From NCBI GenBank assembly GCA_948471055.1, contig CAOKQZ010000008.1, forward strand, positions 379-64,378: a stretch of DNA of 64,000 nucleotides. The letters are read 5' to 3'. A program made the translations under genes and the position numbers. The notes under the pieces were generated by a model, which saw nothing but the letters and a program-made list of their open reading frames with translations, did no database searches and was not told the DNA's origin. Of the stretch, positions 51,178 through 62,584 are shown one piece after another; positions within the stretch are counted from its first letter, which is position 1; each line of letters begins with the position of its first letter. Origin of the DNA: an uncultured Clostridium sp. Lineage in GTDB: Bacteria; Bacillota; Clostridia; TANB77; CAG-508.

Positions 51178-51897
51178 ATGAGAGAATATTTTGAGAAAAT
51201 AGAAAATCTACCACAGGACGAATTTTTTGAGAAAATGAAACAGTGTCTCATTCAAGAAGAAAAAAGATTTGTTATTACAGCAAATCCAGAAACATTGATG
51301 TTTGGTGAAAAAGATAGTGAATTTCGAGAGATTTTATTAAATCCACATACTACGATTGTAGTAGATGGAATTGGAGTTATTAAGGGAGCCAAACTTCTTA
51401 AAATGGATTTAGAGCACCGAGTGTTAGGAGTAGATCTCGCTCTTCAGCTTTTATCCTATTGTAATGAACTTGGGAAAAGTGTCTACTTATTAGGAGCAAA
51501 GCCAGAAGTAATTGAAAAGATGAAAGAAACTATTTCAAGAGATTATCCCAATGCAAAATTAGTGGGTGCAGTGGATGGCTATGTAGAAGACAAAGACGAG
51601 GTATTTGCAGATATGTTAGAAAAGCAACCAGATGTGATTTTGGTTGCTTTAGGAATTCCAAGGCAAGAAAAATTAATTAGTAAACACTATGAGAAATTTG
51701 ATAAAGGCATTTTTGTTGGAGTAGGTGGAAGTTTTGATGTCATTAGTGGAGATAAGAAAAGAGCACCAAGCTTTTTTGTAAAATTGAACTTAGAATGGCT
51801 ATACCGCATTACAAAAGAACCAAACAGGTTAAAACGATTTTTTAATAGTAACATACGATATATTTTTAAAATCATGAAAGAAAGAGGAAAAAAATGA
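51178..51897 (+). CDS. tagA: WecB/TagA/CpsF-family glycosyltransferase
   Basis: ..LGIPRQEKLI...VGVGGSFDVISG...EWLYRI..EP.R motifs. Confidence 0.85.
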   Translation: MREYFEKIENLPQDEFFEKMKQCLIQEEKRFVITANPETLMFGEKDSEFREILLNPHTTIVVDGIGVIKGAKLLKMDLEHRVLGVDLALQLLSYCNELGKSVYLLGAKPEVIEKMKETISRDYPNAKLVGAVDGYVEDKDEVFADMLEKQPDVILVALGIPRQEKLISKHYEKFDKGIFVGVGGSFDVISGDKKRAPSFFVKLNLEWLYRITKEPNRLKRFFNSNIRYIFKIMKERGKK

Positions 51898-53012
51898 TAA
51901 AAGTAATGGTAATCTTTGGGACAAGACCAGAGGCAATTAAATTAGCACCAGTTATAAAAGAATTAGAAAAAAGAGAAGAAACCACACCAATTGTATGTGT
52001 AACAGGGCAACATAGGCAAATGTTAGACCAAGTACTAAAAGCATTTGACATTGTACCCGACTTTGACTTAAATATCATGCATGAAAAGCAAACCTTAACC
52101 GATATAACAACACGAGTATTAAAAGGAATAGAAGAAGTCTTAATACAAGCAAAGCCAGATATTATTTTAGTACATGGGGATACCACAACAACCTTTGCAG
52201 CAGCACTTGCAGCATATTATAGGCAAATTCCCATTGGACATGTAGAAGCAGGGCTTCGAACCTACCGTAAATATGCACCATATCCAGAGGAAATGAATAG
52301 ACAAATGGTAAGTAATTTAGCAGACTTACATTTTGCTCCAACCAAAGAGACAAAGGAAAATTTATTAAAAGAAAATAAAAAAGAAGAGAGCATTATTGTA
52401 ACAGGGAATACAGCAATTGATGCACTAAAAACAACCATACAAGAGGATTACCAAAATGATATTTTAGAGGAATTAAAAGAAAAGAAAATCATTTTATTAA
52501 CCGCACATAGAAGAGAAAACTTGGGAAAACCATTGGAAAATATTTTTTGTGCTGTAAAAAGAATTATAGAAGAACACAAAGAAGTGGTTGTAATTTACCC
52601 AATGCACAAAAACCCAGAAATTCGAAAAACAGTAGAAAAACTATTTGATAAACAAGAACGAATTAAACTAATCGAACCATTAGATGTATTCGATTTTCAT
52701 AATTTTATTAACCGTTCTTATTTAGTACTAACCGATAGTGGGGGAATACAAGAAGAAGCACCATCTATGGGAAAACCAGTATTAGTTCTTAGAAACACTA
52801 CAGAAAGACCAGAGGGAGTAACCGTTGGAACCCTAAAATTAGTAGGAACAAACGAAGAAAAAATTTACCAAGCCACAAAGGAATTACTAGAAAATAAAGA
52901 AGAATACGAAAAAATGAGTAAAGCGCCAAACCCATATGGGGATGGATTAGCAAGCAAAAGAATTGTAGATGAAATTGTAAAACAAAAATGGGAGAGGTTT
53001 GGAGAGATTTAA
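51894..53012 (+). CDS. mnaA: UDP-N-acetylglucosamine 2-epimerase (non-hydrolysing)
   Basis: IFGTRPEAIKLAPV, HGDTTT, TDSGGIQEEAP motifs. Confidence 0.9.
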   Translation: MIKVMVIFGTRPEAIKLAPVIKELEKREETTPIVCVTGQHRQMLDQVLKAFDIVPDFDLNIMHEKQTLTDITTRVLKGIEEVLIQAKPDIILVHGDTTTTFAAALAAYYRQIPIGHVEAGLRTYRKYAPYPEEMNRQMVSNLADLHFAPTKETKENLLKENKKEESIIVTGNTAIDALKTTIQEDYQNDILEELKEKKIILLTAHRRENLGKPLENIFCAVKRIIEEHKEVVVIYPMHKNPEIRKTVEKLFDKQERIKLIEPLDVFDFHNFINRSYLVLTDSGGIQEEAPSMGKPVLVLRNTTERPEGVTVGTLKLVGTNEEKIYQATKELLENKEEYEKMSKAPNPYGDGLASKRIVDEIVKQKWERFGEI

Positions 53013-53068
53013 AGTAAAATGAATAAATGGTTAAGTTAATAATATTGGTTGAAGTTTGATCATGTAGG

Positions 53069-53110
53069 AAAAGTCCGGTAACAAAATGTAGAATTTGTTA
53101 TCGGACTTTT
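53069..53110. terminator. bidirectional terminator
   Basis: 17-bp stem AAAAGTCCGGTAACAAA/TTTGTTATCGGACTTTT (one G-T pair). Confidence 0.75.
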
Positions 53111-53120
53111 GGTATTACTT

Positions 53121-54959
53121 TTATTCCACCGTTACAGATTTTGCAAGGTTTCTTGGTTTGTCTACATCTAATCCTTTTTCTTTTGAGATATAATAAGAAA
53201 ATAGTTGTAGTGGTATAATCGAAAGGATTGGCGAGATGAATGGGTTGGTGGTTGGTATGGTAATTACTTCATTATAGTTTGTTTGGTTTAGTTCTTGGTT
53301 AGTGACAATGAAGGTTTTTGCTCCACGGGTAATGACTTCTTGCAAATTGCTAACCGATTTTTCTACTAAAGTAGGGTCTGTTAGAATACCAACAACGGTA
53401 ATTCCATTTTCGATAAGTGCAATTGGTCCATGTTTTAGTTCTCCTGCTGCATAGGCTTCGGAGTGAATGTAGGAGATTTCTTTTAGTTTTAGAGATGCTT
53501 CCATAGATACGGTATAATCGGTTCCTCTTCCTAAGAAAAAGATGTCTTTTTCAGTATAAACTTTATGGGCAAATTCTTTTACTTTGGAAGTATCTTTTAA
53601 AACTTCGTTTATTTTTTCTGGTAATAATAAAAGTTCTTCTTTTATATTAGCAATTACGCTAACAGGTGCGGATTCTAATACTTCGGCAAAATATAGGGTA
53701 AGTAGGGTAAGAAGAGTAATTTGCGAAGTATAAGCTTTTGTAGAAGCCACTGCAATTTCTGGACCTGCATGGGTATAAATGGTAAAATCGGCTTCTCTTG
53801 TAATAGAGCTTCCAATGACATTGGAAATAGCAATAGTAGTTGCTCCTTGTTTTTTAGAAAGTTTTAGAGCAGCAATGGTATCTGCTGTTTCCCCAGATTG
53901 GCTAATATAAATACATAGGGTATTTACATCAATTAATGGTTCACGATAGCGAAATTCAGAGGCAATATCCACAATAACCGGAATATGGCATAATCTTTCT
54001 AAAAGTGGTTTTACGGCTAAACCAGCATGCATAGCAGTTCCACAAGCAACCAAATAAATTTTGTTAAACTTCGATAAAGTTTCTTTGGTAAAACCAATAT
54101 CTTCAAAATTTACTTTTTCATTTTTCTTTAGCCTAGAACCAATCGTTTCTCTTACCGATTTTGGTTGTTCGTATATTTCTTTTAGCATAAAATCTTCATA
54201 TCCGTCTTTTTCACAGGCAGAAACATCCCAATCAATATTTTTAAGTTCTTTTGCAATAGGAGTTAAACTACTATCATAAAACGAAATATCGGTATTGGAT
54301 AATTTTGCTAAATCACCGTCATTTAATAAATAAAAGTCTTTTGTATAAGAAAGAATGGCAGGTATGTCTGAAGAAACGTAGTTTTCTTCCTTACCAACAC
54401 CAATGACAAGTGGGCTATCCTTTCTTGCGACAATCATGGTTTCTGGCTCGTCTTTGCAAAGTACTTCAATGGCATAACTTCCTTTTAAATCACCACAAGC
54501 CTGATGAACGGCTTGCAAAAATTTATCGTTACTTCCTTCTAGTTTGGTATAATAATAATGAATTAAGTTTGGGATAATTTCCGTATCAGTTTGCGAAAGA
54601 AAATGATAGCCATGGTTTATTAAAAATTCGCGCAAATTTTGGTAATTCTCAATAATACCATTGTGTACCACACTAAAAGAATTACTATTATCCATATGAG
54701 GATGAGAATTTTCTTTGGCTGGTTTTCCATGAGTTGCCCATCTAGTATGAGCAATACCAAGAGTTCCTTCTAATTTGTCAATTCCTTCTAAATCGTATAA
54801 ATTTTTTACTCTTCCTTTGTCTTTCATATTTGAGATATAACCATGTTCCATGGTTGAAATTCCTGCTGAATCATATCCTCGATATTCTAATTTTAAAAGT
54901 CCATCTATCAAAATAGGACTTGCTTTTTTGGTTCCAATATAACCTACAATTCCACACAT
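53121..54959 (-). CDS. glmS: glutamine-fructose-6-phosphate aminotransferase
   Basis: MCGIVGYIG start, two SIS domains, ...KSVTVE end. Confidence 0.97.
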   Translation of the reverse strand: MCGIVGYIGTKKASPILIDGLLKLEYRGYDSAGISTMEHGYISNMKDKGRVKNLYDLEGIDKLEGTLGIAHTRWATHGKPAKENSHPHMDNSNSFSVVHNGIIENYQNLREFLINHGYHFLSQTDTEIIPNLIHYYYTKLEGSNDKFLQAVHQACGDLKGSYAIEVLCKDEPETMIVARKDSPLVIGVGKEENYVSSDIPAILSYTKDFYLLNDGDLAKLSNTDISFYDSSLTPIAKELKNIDWDVSACEKDGYEDFMLKEIYEQPKSVRETIGSRLKKNEKVNFEDIGFTKETLSKFNKIYLVACGTAMHAGLAVKPLLERLCHIPVIVDIASEFRYREPLIDVNTLCIYISQSGETADTIAALKLSKKQGATTIAISNVIGSSITREADFTIYTHAGPEIAVASTKAYTSQITLLTLLTLYFAEVLESAPVSVIANIKEELLLLPEKINEVLKDTSKVKEFAHKVYTEKDIFFLGRGTDYTVSMEASLKLKEISYIHSEAYAAGELKHGPIALIENGITVVGILTDPTLVEKSVSNLQEVITRGAKTFIVTNQELNQTNYNEVITIPTTNPFISPILSIIPLQLFSYYISKEKGLDVDKPRNLAKSVTVE

Positions 54960-54994
54960 ATGTGAATCCTCCTTACAATTTTAATATGGAATTG

Positions 54995-55157
54995 AAAGTA
55001 TGCTTTTAAAAGTTACCCTACTAGATTTGTTTCATAATATCACTATTATGGTTTGCTAGTATTTCTGGCAGCAACCATGCCATAGAACCATCCGCCGACA
55101 ATTTCGATAAGTTCTATCCTCGTCAACAATAGGGAAATCCCTACTGTTCAGGCGCTT
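54995..55157 (-). ncRNA. glmS: glmS ribozyme
   Basis: The minus strand reads AGCGCCUGAAC...GACGAGGAUAGAACUUAUCGAAAUUGUCGGCGGAUGG, matching the conserved core directly upstream of glmS; the 3' end is approximate. Confidence 0.85.
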
Positions 55158-55260
55158 TTTAAATAAAACCTTAACACTCCTTTCTTTCATGATTTTTTAG
55201 CATAAACTTTCAATAATAATAGTATATTACACTAAATTTCAAAAAGTAGCAAGTACTATA

Positions 55261-55548
55261 AGAAAAAATTAAGAAAATCAAACGATTATGTAAAAATATA
55301 ATATTCAAAAAAGCCTTATTTTCTTGCTTTATAGGAATCGCATCGATATAATGAGAAAAAAAGAAAAGGAGCAAAAGAAGAATGAAAAAAGAAAACAAAG
55401 GAATCACATTGATTGCATTGGTGATAACGATTATTATTTTACTAATACTAGCAGCAATTGTTATTAATCTAACAATAGGGCAAAGAGGAATACTAAACCG
55501 TGCAGAAGAAGCTGGAAGAAATTATACAAAATCGGCAAAGGAAGAAGA
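55261..55548 (+). repeat. 288-bp module (promoter, 5'UTR, first 55 codons), copy A
   Basis: Near-identical to 56655..56942 at a constant offset of 1394 bp. Confidence 0.9.
55324..55352 (+). promoter_or_regulatory. promoter TTGCTT-17-TATAAT (a second copy sits at 56718-56746)
   Basis: Hexamers at correct spacing ~30 nt before the RBS; duplicated within the repeat. Confidence 0.55.
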
Positions 55549-56545
55549 CGAAAAATTATCCAATTTCTTAAAAGAAGCAGATGACATTATAGACGGAATA
55601 AACGGAGAAAGTAAACCACTGCCAGAAAATGCCCTAGCAAAAAAAGTAGAAATAGGAGATTACGTAGCATATGACCCAATAACGGACGTAGAGGAAAGCA
55701 AACTAAGCTATACCTCTCCAGTAGGAACAGGATTATCTCATGGAAATGGAAAGCACTAGATAGCAGAAGGACAAACATTTACAGCAACAAGTGGTACAAA
55801 ATGGAGAGTACTAAGTAAAGATGAGACAACAGGAGAGGTATTACTAATAAGTGAAAAACCAATTACTGCTGACACAGGGTTGCCGTTAATAGTATTAGGG
55901 GGAGTAGGATATTTGTACTATGAACAAGAATTAAATGAAATATGTAAAATATATGGATATGGAAAAGGAGCAAATACAAGCAAAACATTTGTATATAAAA
56001 TAGGAGATGTAGTAGAAGGAGAAATAGAAGGAATAATAACAGGGAGTGGAGCAAGAAGTATAACGGCAGAAGATATTAATAAAATTACAAAATACGATCC
56101 AAGCACATACATATTTGAAAGTGGCGGAACAACGTATGGATATGGATATGAACATACACATACGATCTACCATCCATCGATGGTTTTGGGTGGAATATCG
56201 GAAACAGCGAGAGAAAGAACAGATGTATATACTGGATATAATTATCGAGGGTCAGAATATTTAACTGACACATCGAGTGCACTATATCAGATGATTTTTT
56301 CTGATGATGAGGAGTGGGGATACGCGGTAGCGACCCGTGCAGTGTATCCATCCTATAGGACAGAATTCTCTGCATTCTATGTTGCTAAAGATGAATTGAA
56401 AACATCATGGTTGGTTGATGCTTTGGATGGAGGGCTTGAGGATCACGAACATGCTGGTGGACCTGTTCGTCCAATAGTTTATCTAAAATCGAATATCCAG
56501 ACAAATGCACAAGATGCGAGTGGAGCATGGATCATAAGTGAATAG
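55382..56545 (+). pseudogene. pilin-leader-like surface protein, paralog of 34370..36061, interrupted by an in-frame TAG at 55757
   Basis: ORFs 55382..55759 and 55880..56545 are in the same frame; the stop aligns with Glu of the paralog (GNGYTELAEGQTF versus GNGKH*IAEGQTF). Confidence 0.7.
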
Positions 56546-56654
56546 AAATAGATATCTTCCCTTAAAATAGAGAATATATTAGAAAACAAAAATATTTTAA
56601 GGGAGCTTTTGTTTATGGCAAACCATCATATTATGGAACAAAGCTAATAAACAA

Positions 56655-56942
56655 AGAAAAAATTAAGAAAATCAAACGATTATGTAAAAATATAATATTT
56701 AAAAAGGCTCTATTTTCTTGCTTTATAGGAAACGCATCGATATAATGAGAAAAAAAGAAAAGGAGCAAAAGAAGAATGAAAAAAGAAAACAAAGGAATCA
56801 CATTGATTGCATTGGTGATAACGATTATTATTTTACTAATACTAGCAGCAATTGTGATTAATCTAACAATAGGGCAAAGAGGAATACTAAATCGTGCAGA
56901 AGAAGCTAGAAGAAATTATACAAAATCGGCAAAGGAAGAAGA
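56655..56942 (+). repeat. 288-bp module, copy B
   Basis: See copy A. Confidence 0.9.
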
Positions 56943-58138
56943 AAGACAATTAGGAGATTTACTTAATATGATAGATGGAAAAGGTGACTTCGGAAATGAA
57001 GCAGAAATAGAGAACCAAGCCCCAATTTATGCGAGATTATATACCAAAAATGGAACCACAGATGAAGTGCTAATATTAGCAAGTAAAGAAGAAGCTTTTT
57101 TGGATTATAGTAGTGAGCTTACTTTGAAAGATGATTATGGAAATATATATGAAAAGAAGGTTTATAAAACAGAAGAAGATTTATACAAAATACCGGAATA
57201 TGCAGAGGAATTACAATCTGATGAATGGAAAGAATATAAAGCACAAAATCCAGAAGAAGCACAAAAGGTGATCGAAGAACTTTTAGAAGAGTTGAATAAT
57301 AATCAAAAAAAGATTATGCCATGGCGTGGTAACGAACGACTAGTAGAAGTTAGAATAAATGATGAAATATTTCCATCATCTATTGAGGGATGGTTTGTTT
57401 GTGAAGGGTTAACACAATTAGATTTGAGAAACTTAAATACATCGAAAATAACAAATATGGAATTTATGTTCTGTGGTTGTAGTGGATTGACAACATTAGA
57501 TGTGAGTGGATGGGATGTATCGAATGTAACAAGTATGGATAAAATGTTTTTGGGTTGTAGTAGTCTAACGACACTAAATTTAAACGGATGGGATACATCT
57601 AATGTAACAAACATGCAATCTATGTTCGAGGATTGTAAAGGATTGATGAGTTTGGATTTAAGTAATTTTGATACTTCAAGTGTGAAGAATATGGCACACA
57701 TGTTTTCAAAATGCAACGGATTGACCACATTAGATGTAAGCAATTTTGATACATCTAATGTAACGAATATGGATGCTATGTTTTGGCTGTGTAGTGGATT
57801 GACTACATTAGATGTAAGTAATTTTGATACATCCAATGTAACGAATATGGCGTTTATGTTTGATGGGTGTAGCGGATTGGCAACGTTGGATGTGAGCAAT
57901 TTTGATACATCTAATGTAACATCTATGAATAATATGTTTTTTAATTTTAAAGGAACAATGCTAGATTTAACTAATTTTGATACCTCCAAAGTAACACGGA
58001 ATGGCAGGAATGTTTAGACAGGCGAGTGAGCTAACTAGTATTTTAGTTGGTAATGGATGGGATATGAGTAAAGTAACGGATAAAAGCAATATGTTTTATC
58101 TGTGCGGGGTGTCCGATGTAACGTATGTTACACAATAA
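56776..58138 (+). CDS. pilin-leader-like protein with BspA-type leucine-rich repeats; needs a +1 shift at CGG 57997
   Basis: Same first 55 residues as 55382; repeats LTTLDVSNFDTSNVTNM..MF..CSG; join ..SKVT-GMAGMFRQASELTSI.. Confidence 0.8.
57412..57996 (+). repeat. tandem ~69-75-bp coding repeats (LRR units)
   Basis: About 8 consecutive NxDTSxVTxMxxMF units. Confidence 0.8.
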
Positions 58139-58218
58139 AATAAAGCGTTAGAAATCACCCAAAGTTGCAAAAAAAGTAAAAATATGATAAAATTGATGTA
58201 TGAGAAGGAGGGATGATT

Positions 58219-58824
58219 ATGCGAATGAGATTTGAAAGAAATATAGAAAATCCAGAAAGAAGAATTGAAGAAGAAGGAGAATTTTTGGAAAAAGTAACAT
58301 CAAAAATAATAGGAGATGATTTGGAAGATCCATATGAAGATGAATTTGATGAAATGTTAGATGAAGCAAAACACCAAACTAAGCCTGCACAAAAAGATAC
58401 CTTTACACAAAGCATAAAAGTGGAACAAAGTAAAATAGAAGATACGGAATTGATTTTAGCATATCAAGAATTGGATCGAGCAAGACGAAGTAGAATAAAA
58501 GAAGATATAATAAGAGCAGAAGATAGAATTCTAGATATAGAAAGAAACGAGGAGGAAAAAGAATATCATTTACGAATTGCTCAATTAAAAGAAATGCAAA
58601 GAAAAGCAAGAGAAACCGGTAATAAACAAGACATGGAACAATTTAAAAAAAGAAGAAGAGCTTTTATTACAGAAATGAAGTATGATGAATTAATTTATAA
58701 AATAAACAAACTCCAAAATGCTCAAAGACTAGAACCGAGAGAAAAAAGATTACAACAACTAATAGAATTAAAAAAAGAACTAAGAGAAGTAGAGAAAGAG
58801 GCAATGGATATAAATTTAAAATAG
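58219..58824 (+). CDS. hypothetical Glu/Arg/Lys-rich coiled-coil protein
   Basis: ORF with GAAGGAGGG RBS; highly charged; no family recognised. Confidence 0.55.
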   Translation: MRMRFERNIENPERRIEEEGEFLEKVTSKIIGDDLEDPYEDEFDEMLDEAKHQTKPAQKDTFTQSIKVEQSKIEDTELILAYQELDRARRSRIKEDIIRAEDRILDIERNEEEKEYHLRIAQLKEMQRKARETGNKQDMEQFKKRRRAFITEMKYDELIYKINKLQNAQRLEPREKRLQQLIELKKELREVEKEAMDINLK

Positions 58825-58837
58825 AGCATATTTACAG

Positions 58838-58884
58838 TATCCCTTTTTCTATGGTATAATACGAATATCATAGAAAAAGGGATA
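58838..58884 (+). terminator. 16-bp perfect hairpin (its loop contains TGGTATAAT)
   Basis: TATCCCTTTTTCTATG / CATAGAAAAAGGGATA. Confidence 0.5.
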
Positions 58885-58957
58885 TTAGTTTGAAAAAATT
58901 AAATCTTTCATAACTATGTGTGCTTTGCGAGCAAAGCGAGAAAGGAATAAATTTATT

Positions 58958-59473
58958 ATGGGAGAATTAAAAGTATTAATTGATGAAACCACCATTCAAG
59001 ATAAAGTAGCAAAATTAGCCAAACAAATTGAACAAGATTATGAGGGAAAAGACCTAACTCTAGTAGGTATTTTAAAAGGGTCTACAGTTTTTATGGTGGA
59101 TTTAGCAAGAAAAATGAAAAGAGATGTGAAATTTGCTTTTATGCAAGTTTCTAGTTATGGTACAGAAAAAATTAGTGCAGGAAAAATCAATTTAAAACTA
59201 GATTTACCAGAATCATTAGAAGGGGAAAATATTTTAATTGTAGAAGATATTATTGATACTGGAAGAACCTTAAGTTATTTAATCAAACACCTACAAGAAA
59301 AGAACCCAGAAAGTATAAAACTATGTACCTTATTAGACAAGCCAGAACGTAGAGAGTACGATGTAAAAGTGGACTATGTAGGCTTTGAAATTCCAGACAA
59401 ATTTGTTGTAGGTTATGGCTTAGACTATAACGAAATGTACCGTAATTTACCATATGTTGCAGAGGTAAAATAA
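58958..59473 (+). CDS. hpt: hypoxanthine phosphoribosyltransferase
   Basis: LIVEDIIDTGRTL PRPP-binding motif; typical length. Confidence 0.9.
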   Translation: MGELKVLIDETTIQDKVAKLAKQIEQDYEGKDLTLVGILKGSTVFMVDLARKMKRDVKFAFMQVSSYGTEKISAGKINLKLDLPESLEGENILIVEDIIDTGRTLSYLIKHLQEKNPESIKLCTLLDKPERREYDVKVDYVGFEIPDKFVVGYGLDYNEMYRNLPYVAEVK

Positions 59474-59476
59474 TAC

Positions 59477-61262
59477 ATGTTTAATATTGAAGAAGAGATT
59501 AAAAAACTTCCCGAAAAACCGGGAGTTTATATTATGAAAGATAAAGATGACCATATTATCTATGTAGGAAAAGCGGTAGTGTTAAAGAACCGTGTGAGGC
59601 AGTATTTTAGAAAAACTCGTAAAACCAAACGAATAGAAAATATGGTTTCTTTAATCGACCATTTTGAGTATATTGTAACCGATAATGAGGCAGAGGCTCT
59701 TATTTTAGAATGTAATTTAATTAAAGAAAATAGACCCAAATTTAATGTATTACTAAAAGATGATAAAACGTATCCCTATATTAAAGTAGATGTAAAAAGT
59801 GAGTATCCCAATGTGACGATTACTCGTAAAATTTTAAATGATGGGGCAAAGTATTTTGGTCCATATGCCAATAGTGGTAGTGCCAAAGAGATGGTAAATT
59901 TTATTAAAGAAAAATTTAAAATTCGTCAATGTAAGAATTTTAAATTTGTAGGAAGAGCTTGCTTAAATTATCACATACATCGTTGTTCGGCACCTTGTAT
60001 GGGTTATATTTCAAAAGAAGAATATAATAACATGATACGACAAATTCTCCTATTACTAGAGGGAAAAATTGACCCGATTGTAAAAGAATTAGAAGAAGGA
60101 ATGAAAAAAGCATCAGAGGCACAAGATTACGAAGTGGCGGCATATTTACGAGATAAGAAACTTGCTATTGAACGCATTAATCAAAAACAAAAAGTATCGA
60201 ATATTACCGAAAATGATATTGATGTGATTGGACTTGCTAAAAATGATATAACGGCTTGTATTGAAATCTTTTTTGTTAGAAAAAGCAAAATGATTGGAAG
60301 AGAACATTACTTTTTTAGGGAATCTTCGGATATTTCCAATGAAGAAATATTAGCCAGTTTTGTAAAACAATATTATATGGGAAAAGAAGAAATTCCCCAT
60401 AAGATTATGCTAAAAGAAAGATTAGAAGAAAAAGAGATTATTGAAGAATTATTATCCAGACAAGTGGGAAGAAAAGTCGAGTTAAAATCTCCTAAGAAAG
60501 GAGAAAAGCTAAGGTTTGTAGAAATGGCAGAAAAAAATGCAAAAGTAACTTTAGAAAATAAAGAAAAAGACCGTTATGATGTATTAATGGAATTAAAAAA
60601 GGTACTAAACCTTGAAAAGATGCCAAGAAAAATTGAAACCTACGATATTTCAAACATATCGGGAACCGACATGGTGGCAGGCATGTGTGTATTGCAAGAT
60701 GGGGTAGTAAACCATAAGTTATCCAGAAGATTTAAAATAAAAACCGTATTTACCCAAGATGACCCCAAATGTATGGAAGAAGTTATTACAAGAAGACTAA
60801 AACATTCCATAGAAAATGAAAATGGAGGTTTTGGAAGTTTACCAGATGCCATTTTTGTGGATGGAGGAATTACCCAAGAAAGAGCAGCTAAAAATGCTCT
60901 TCAGGTATATGGTTTAAACATACCAATTTACGGAATGGTAAAAAACGATAAACACCGTACAAGAGCATTAATCAATGAAAAAAGAGAAGAAATACCCTTA
61001 TCTGAAGAATTAATGAATGTGATAACCAATTTCCAAGATGAAGTTCATAAAACTGCTATTGAGTATCATAGAAAAGTAAGAGGAAAACGAATGACCAAAT
61101 CGAGCTTAGACGAAATAAAAGGAATTGGAGAAAAGAAAAAGCAAGAATTATTAAAGCACTTTGGTAGTATAGAAAAAATAAGAGAAGCGACGCTAGAGGA
61201 ATTAATGCGGAGTAAAGGGGATTACCGAAGAAATTGCGAAGAGGTTAAAGGAAGAAAATTAG
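59477..61262 (+). CDS. uvrC: excinuclease ABC subunit C; needs a +1 shift at CGG 61208 for the last 17 residues
   Basis: GIY-YIG start (PGVYIMKD...IYVGKA) and UVR domain; ..LEELM-GVKGITEEIAKRLKEEN* after skipping the C. Confidence 0.92.
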
Positions 61263-61402
61263 TAGGCTAAACAATAACGAAAAGAGTAAAAAACATAGAA
61301 AACTGTCAAAAACTTATCATAAATTTTCGTAAATTTAGGTTATATTCTGAAGAACTCTTTCATATATATAATACAAGAGTATATTTGAAAGGGGAAATAC
61401 AA

Positions 61403-61606
61403 ATGATGGAATATGCAAAAGAGGAAGTACTTACTGTGGGTTATGGGGTGAGAAAGGACAAGCTAGAAACGGGAACGAAAAAACGTATCTACAATAAGAT
61501 AAGGCAAAATAAGATTTTTGTTTTATTTTTAGCAATGGGGATTACGTTTATGGTTTTGGATTTAACATTTATTTATTACTTCTTTTCTCTATTAACAAAA
61601 CTATAA
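61403..61606 (+). CDS. hypothetical small membrane protein
   Basis: 67-aa ORF with one TM helix; RBS AAAGGGG. Confidence 0.45.
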   Translation: MMEYAKEEVLTVGYGVRKDKLETGTKKRIYNKIRQNKIFVLFLAMGITFMVLDLTFIYYFFSLLTKL

Positions 61607-61673
61607 GTTATCGCAAAGGATGAATAGTAAGAATAGTAAATAAAGCCTTAAATAAGAAGAAAGGAAATGAAAT

Positions 61674-62540
61674 ATGGAAGTAGCAAATAATTGGAACGAT
61701 TATGAAATATTAGATATGGCAAATGGCGAAAAATTAGAGAGATGGGGGAATATTGTTTTAATAAGACCAGACCCTCAAATTATATGGAAAGAAAAAACAA
61801 ATCCACAAATGTGGAAAAAAGCACATGCTACTTATAATCGAAGTAAACAAGGTGGAGGAGCATGGAATTACCAAAAAGAACTTCCAAAGGCATGGAAATT
61901 AATGTATAAAAATCTAACCTTCAACATAAAACCAATGGGATTTAAGCATACGGGACTATTTCCAGAACAAGCAGTCAATTGGGACTGGATGATAGAAAAA
62001 ATAAAAAAAGAAAAAAGAGAAATAAAGGTGCTAAACTTATTTGCCTATACAGGCGGAGCAACGGTTGCTTGCTTATCGGCAGGAGCTAGCGTATGCCACG
62101 TGGATAGCTCCAAAGGCATGGTGGCTTGGGCGAAAGAAAATGTCATTTCCTCTGGTTTGCAAGATAAAAAAGTTCGTTACATGGTAGATGATGTGGTAAA
62201 ATTTGTAAACCGTGAAATTCGAAGAGGAAATACCTATGATGCCATTATTATGGATCCTCCTTCTTATGGAAGAGGAGCAAATGGTGAAGTATGGCAATTT
62301 GAGGAAAATATTTCCGATCTGGTTTCCTTATGTATGAAAGTATTAAGTGATCATCCCTTGTTCTTTTTAATCAATTCCTATACCACTGGAATTTCAGCAA
62401 AAGTATTAGAGAATTTATTACAAATTCATATGAAAAAACAAGTAAGAGGTACATTTTCTTCTGGAGAAATTGGATTACCACAGGCAAATTCTTCTCTTAT
62501 TTTACCATGCGGAATTTATGGTCGTTGGGAAAAAGAATAA
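61674..62540 (+). CDS. class I SAM-dependent methyltransferase (RlmI/RlmK-like)
   Basis: VLNLFAYTGG...DPPSYG motifs. Confidence 0.7.
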   Translation: MEVANNWNDYEILDMANGEKLERWGNIVLIRPDPQIIWKEKTNPQMWKKAHATYNRSKQGGGAWNYQKELPKAWKLMYKNLTFNIKPMGFKHTGLFPEQAVNWDWMIEKIKKEKREIKVLNLFAYTGGATVACLSAGASVCHVDSSKGMVAWAKENVISSGLQDKKVRYMVDDVVKFVNREIRRGNTYDAIIMDPPSYGRGANGEVWQFEENISDLVSLCMKVLSDHPLFFLINSYTTGISAKVLENLLQIHMKKQVRGTFSSGEIGLPQANSSLILPCGIYGRWEKE

Positions 62541-62584
62541 GGTTTATAGGGAACCAATCAAAAACCTAAATAAGGATATAAGAA

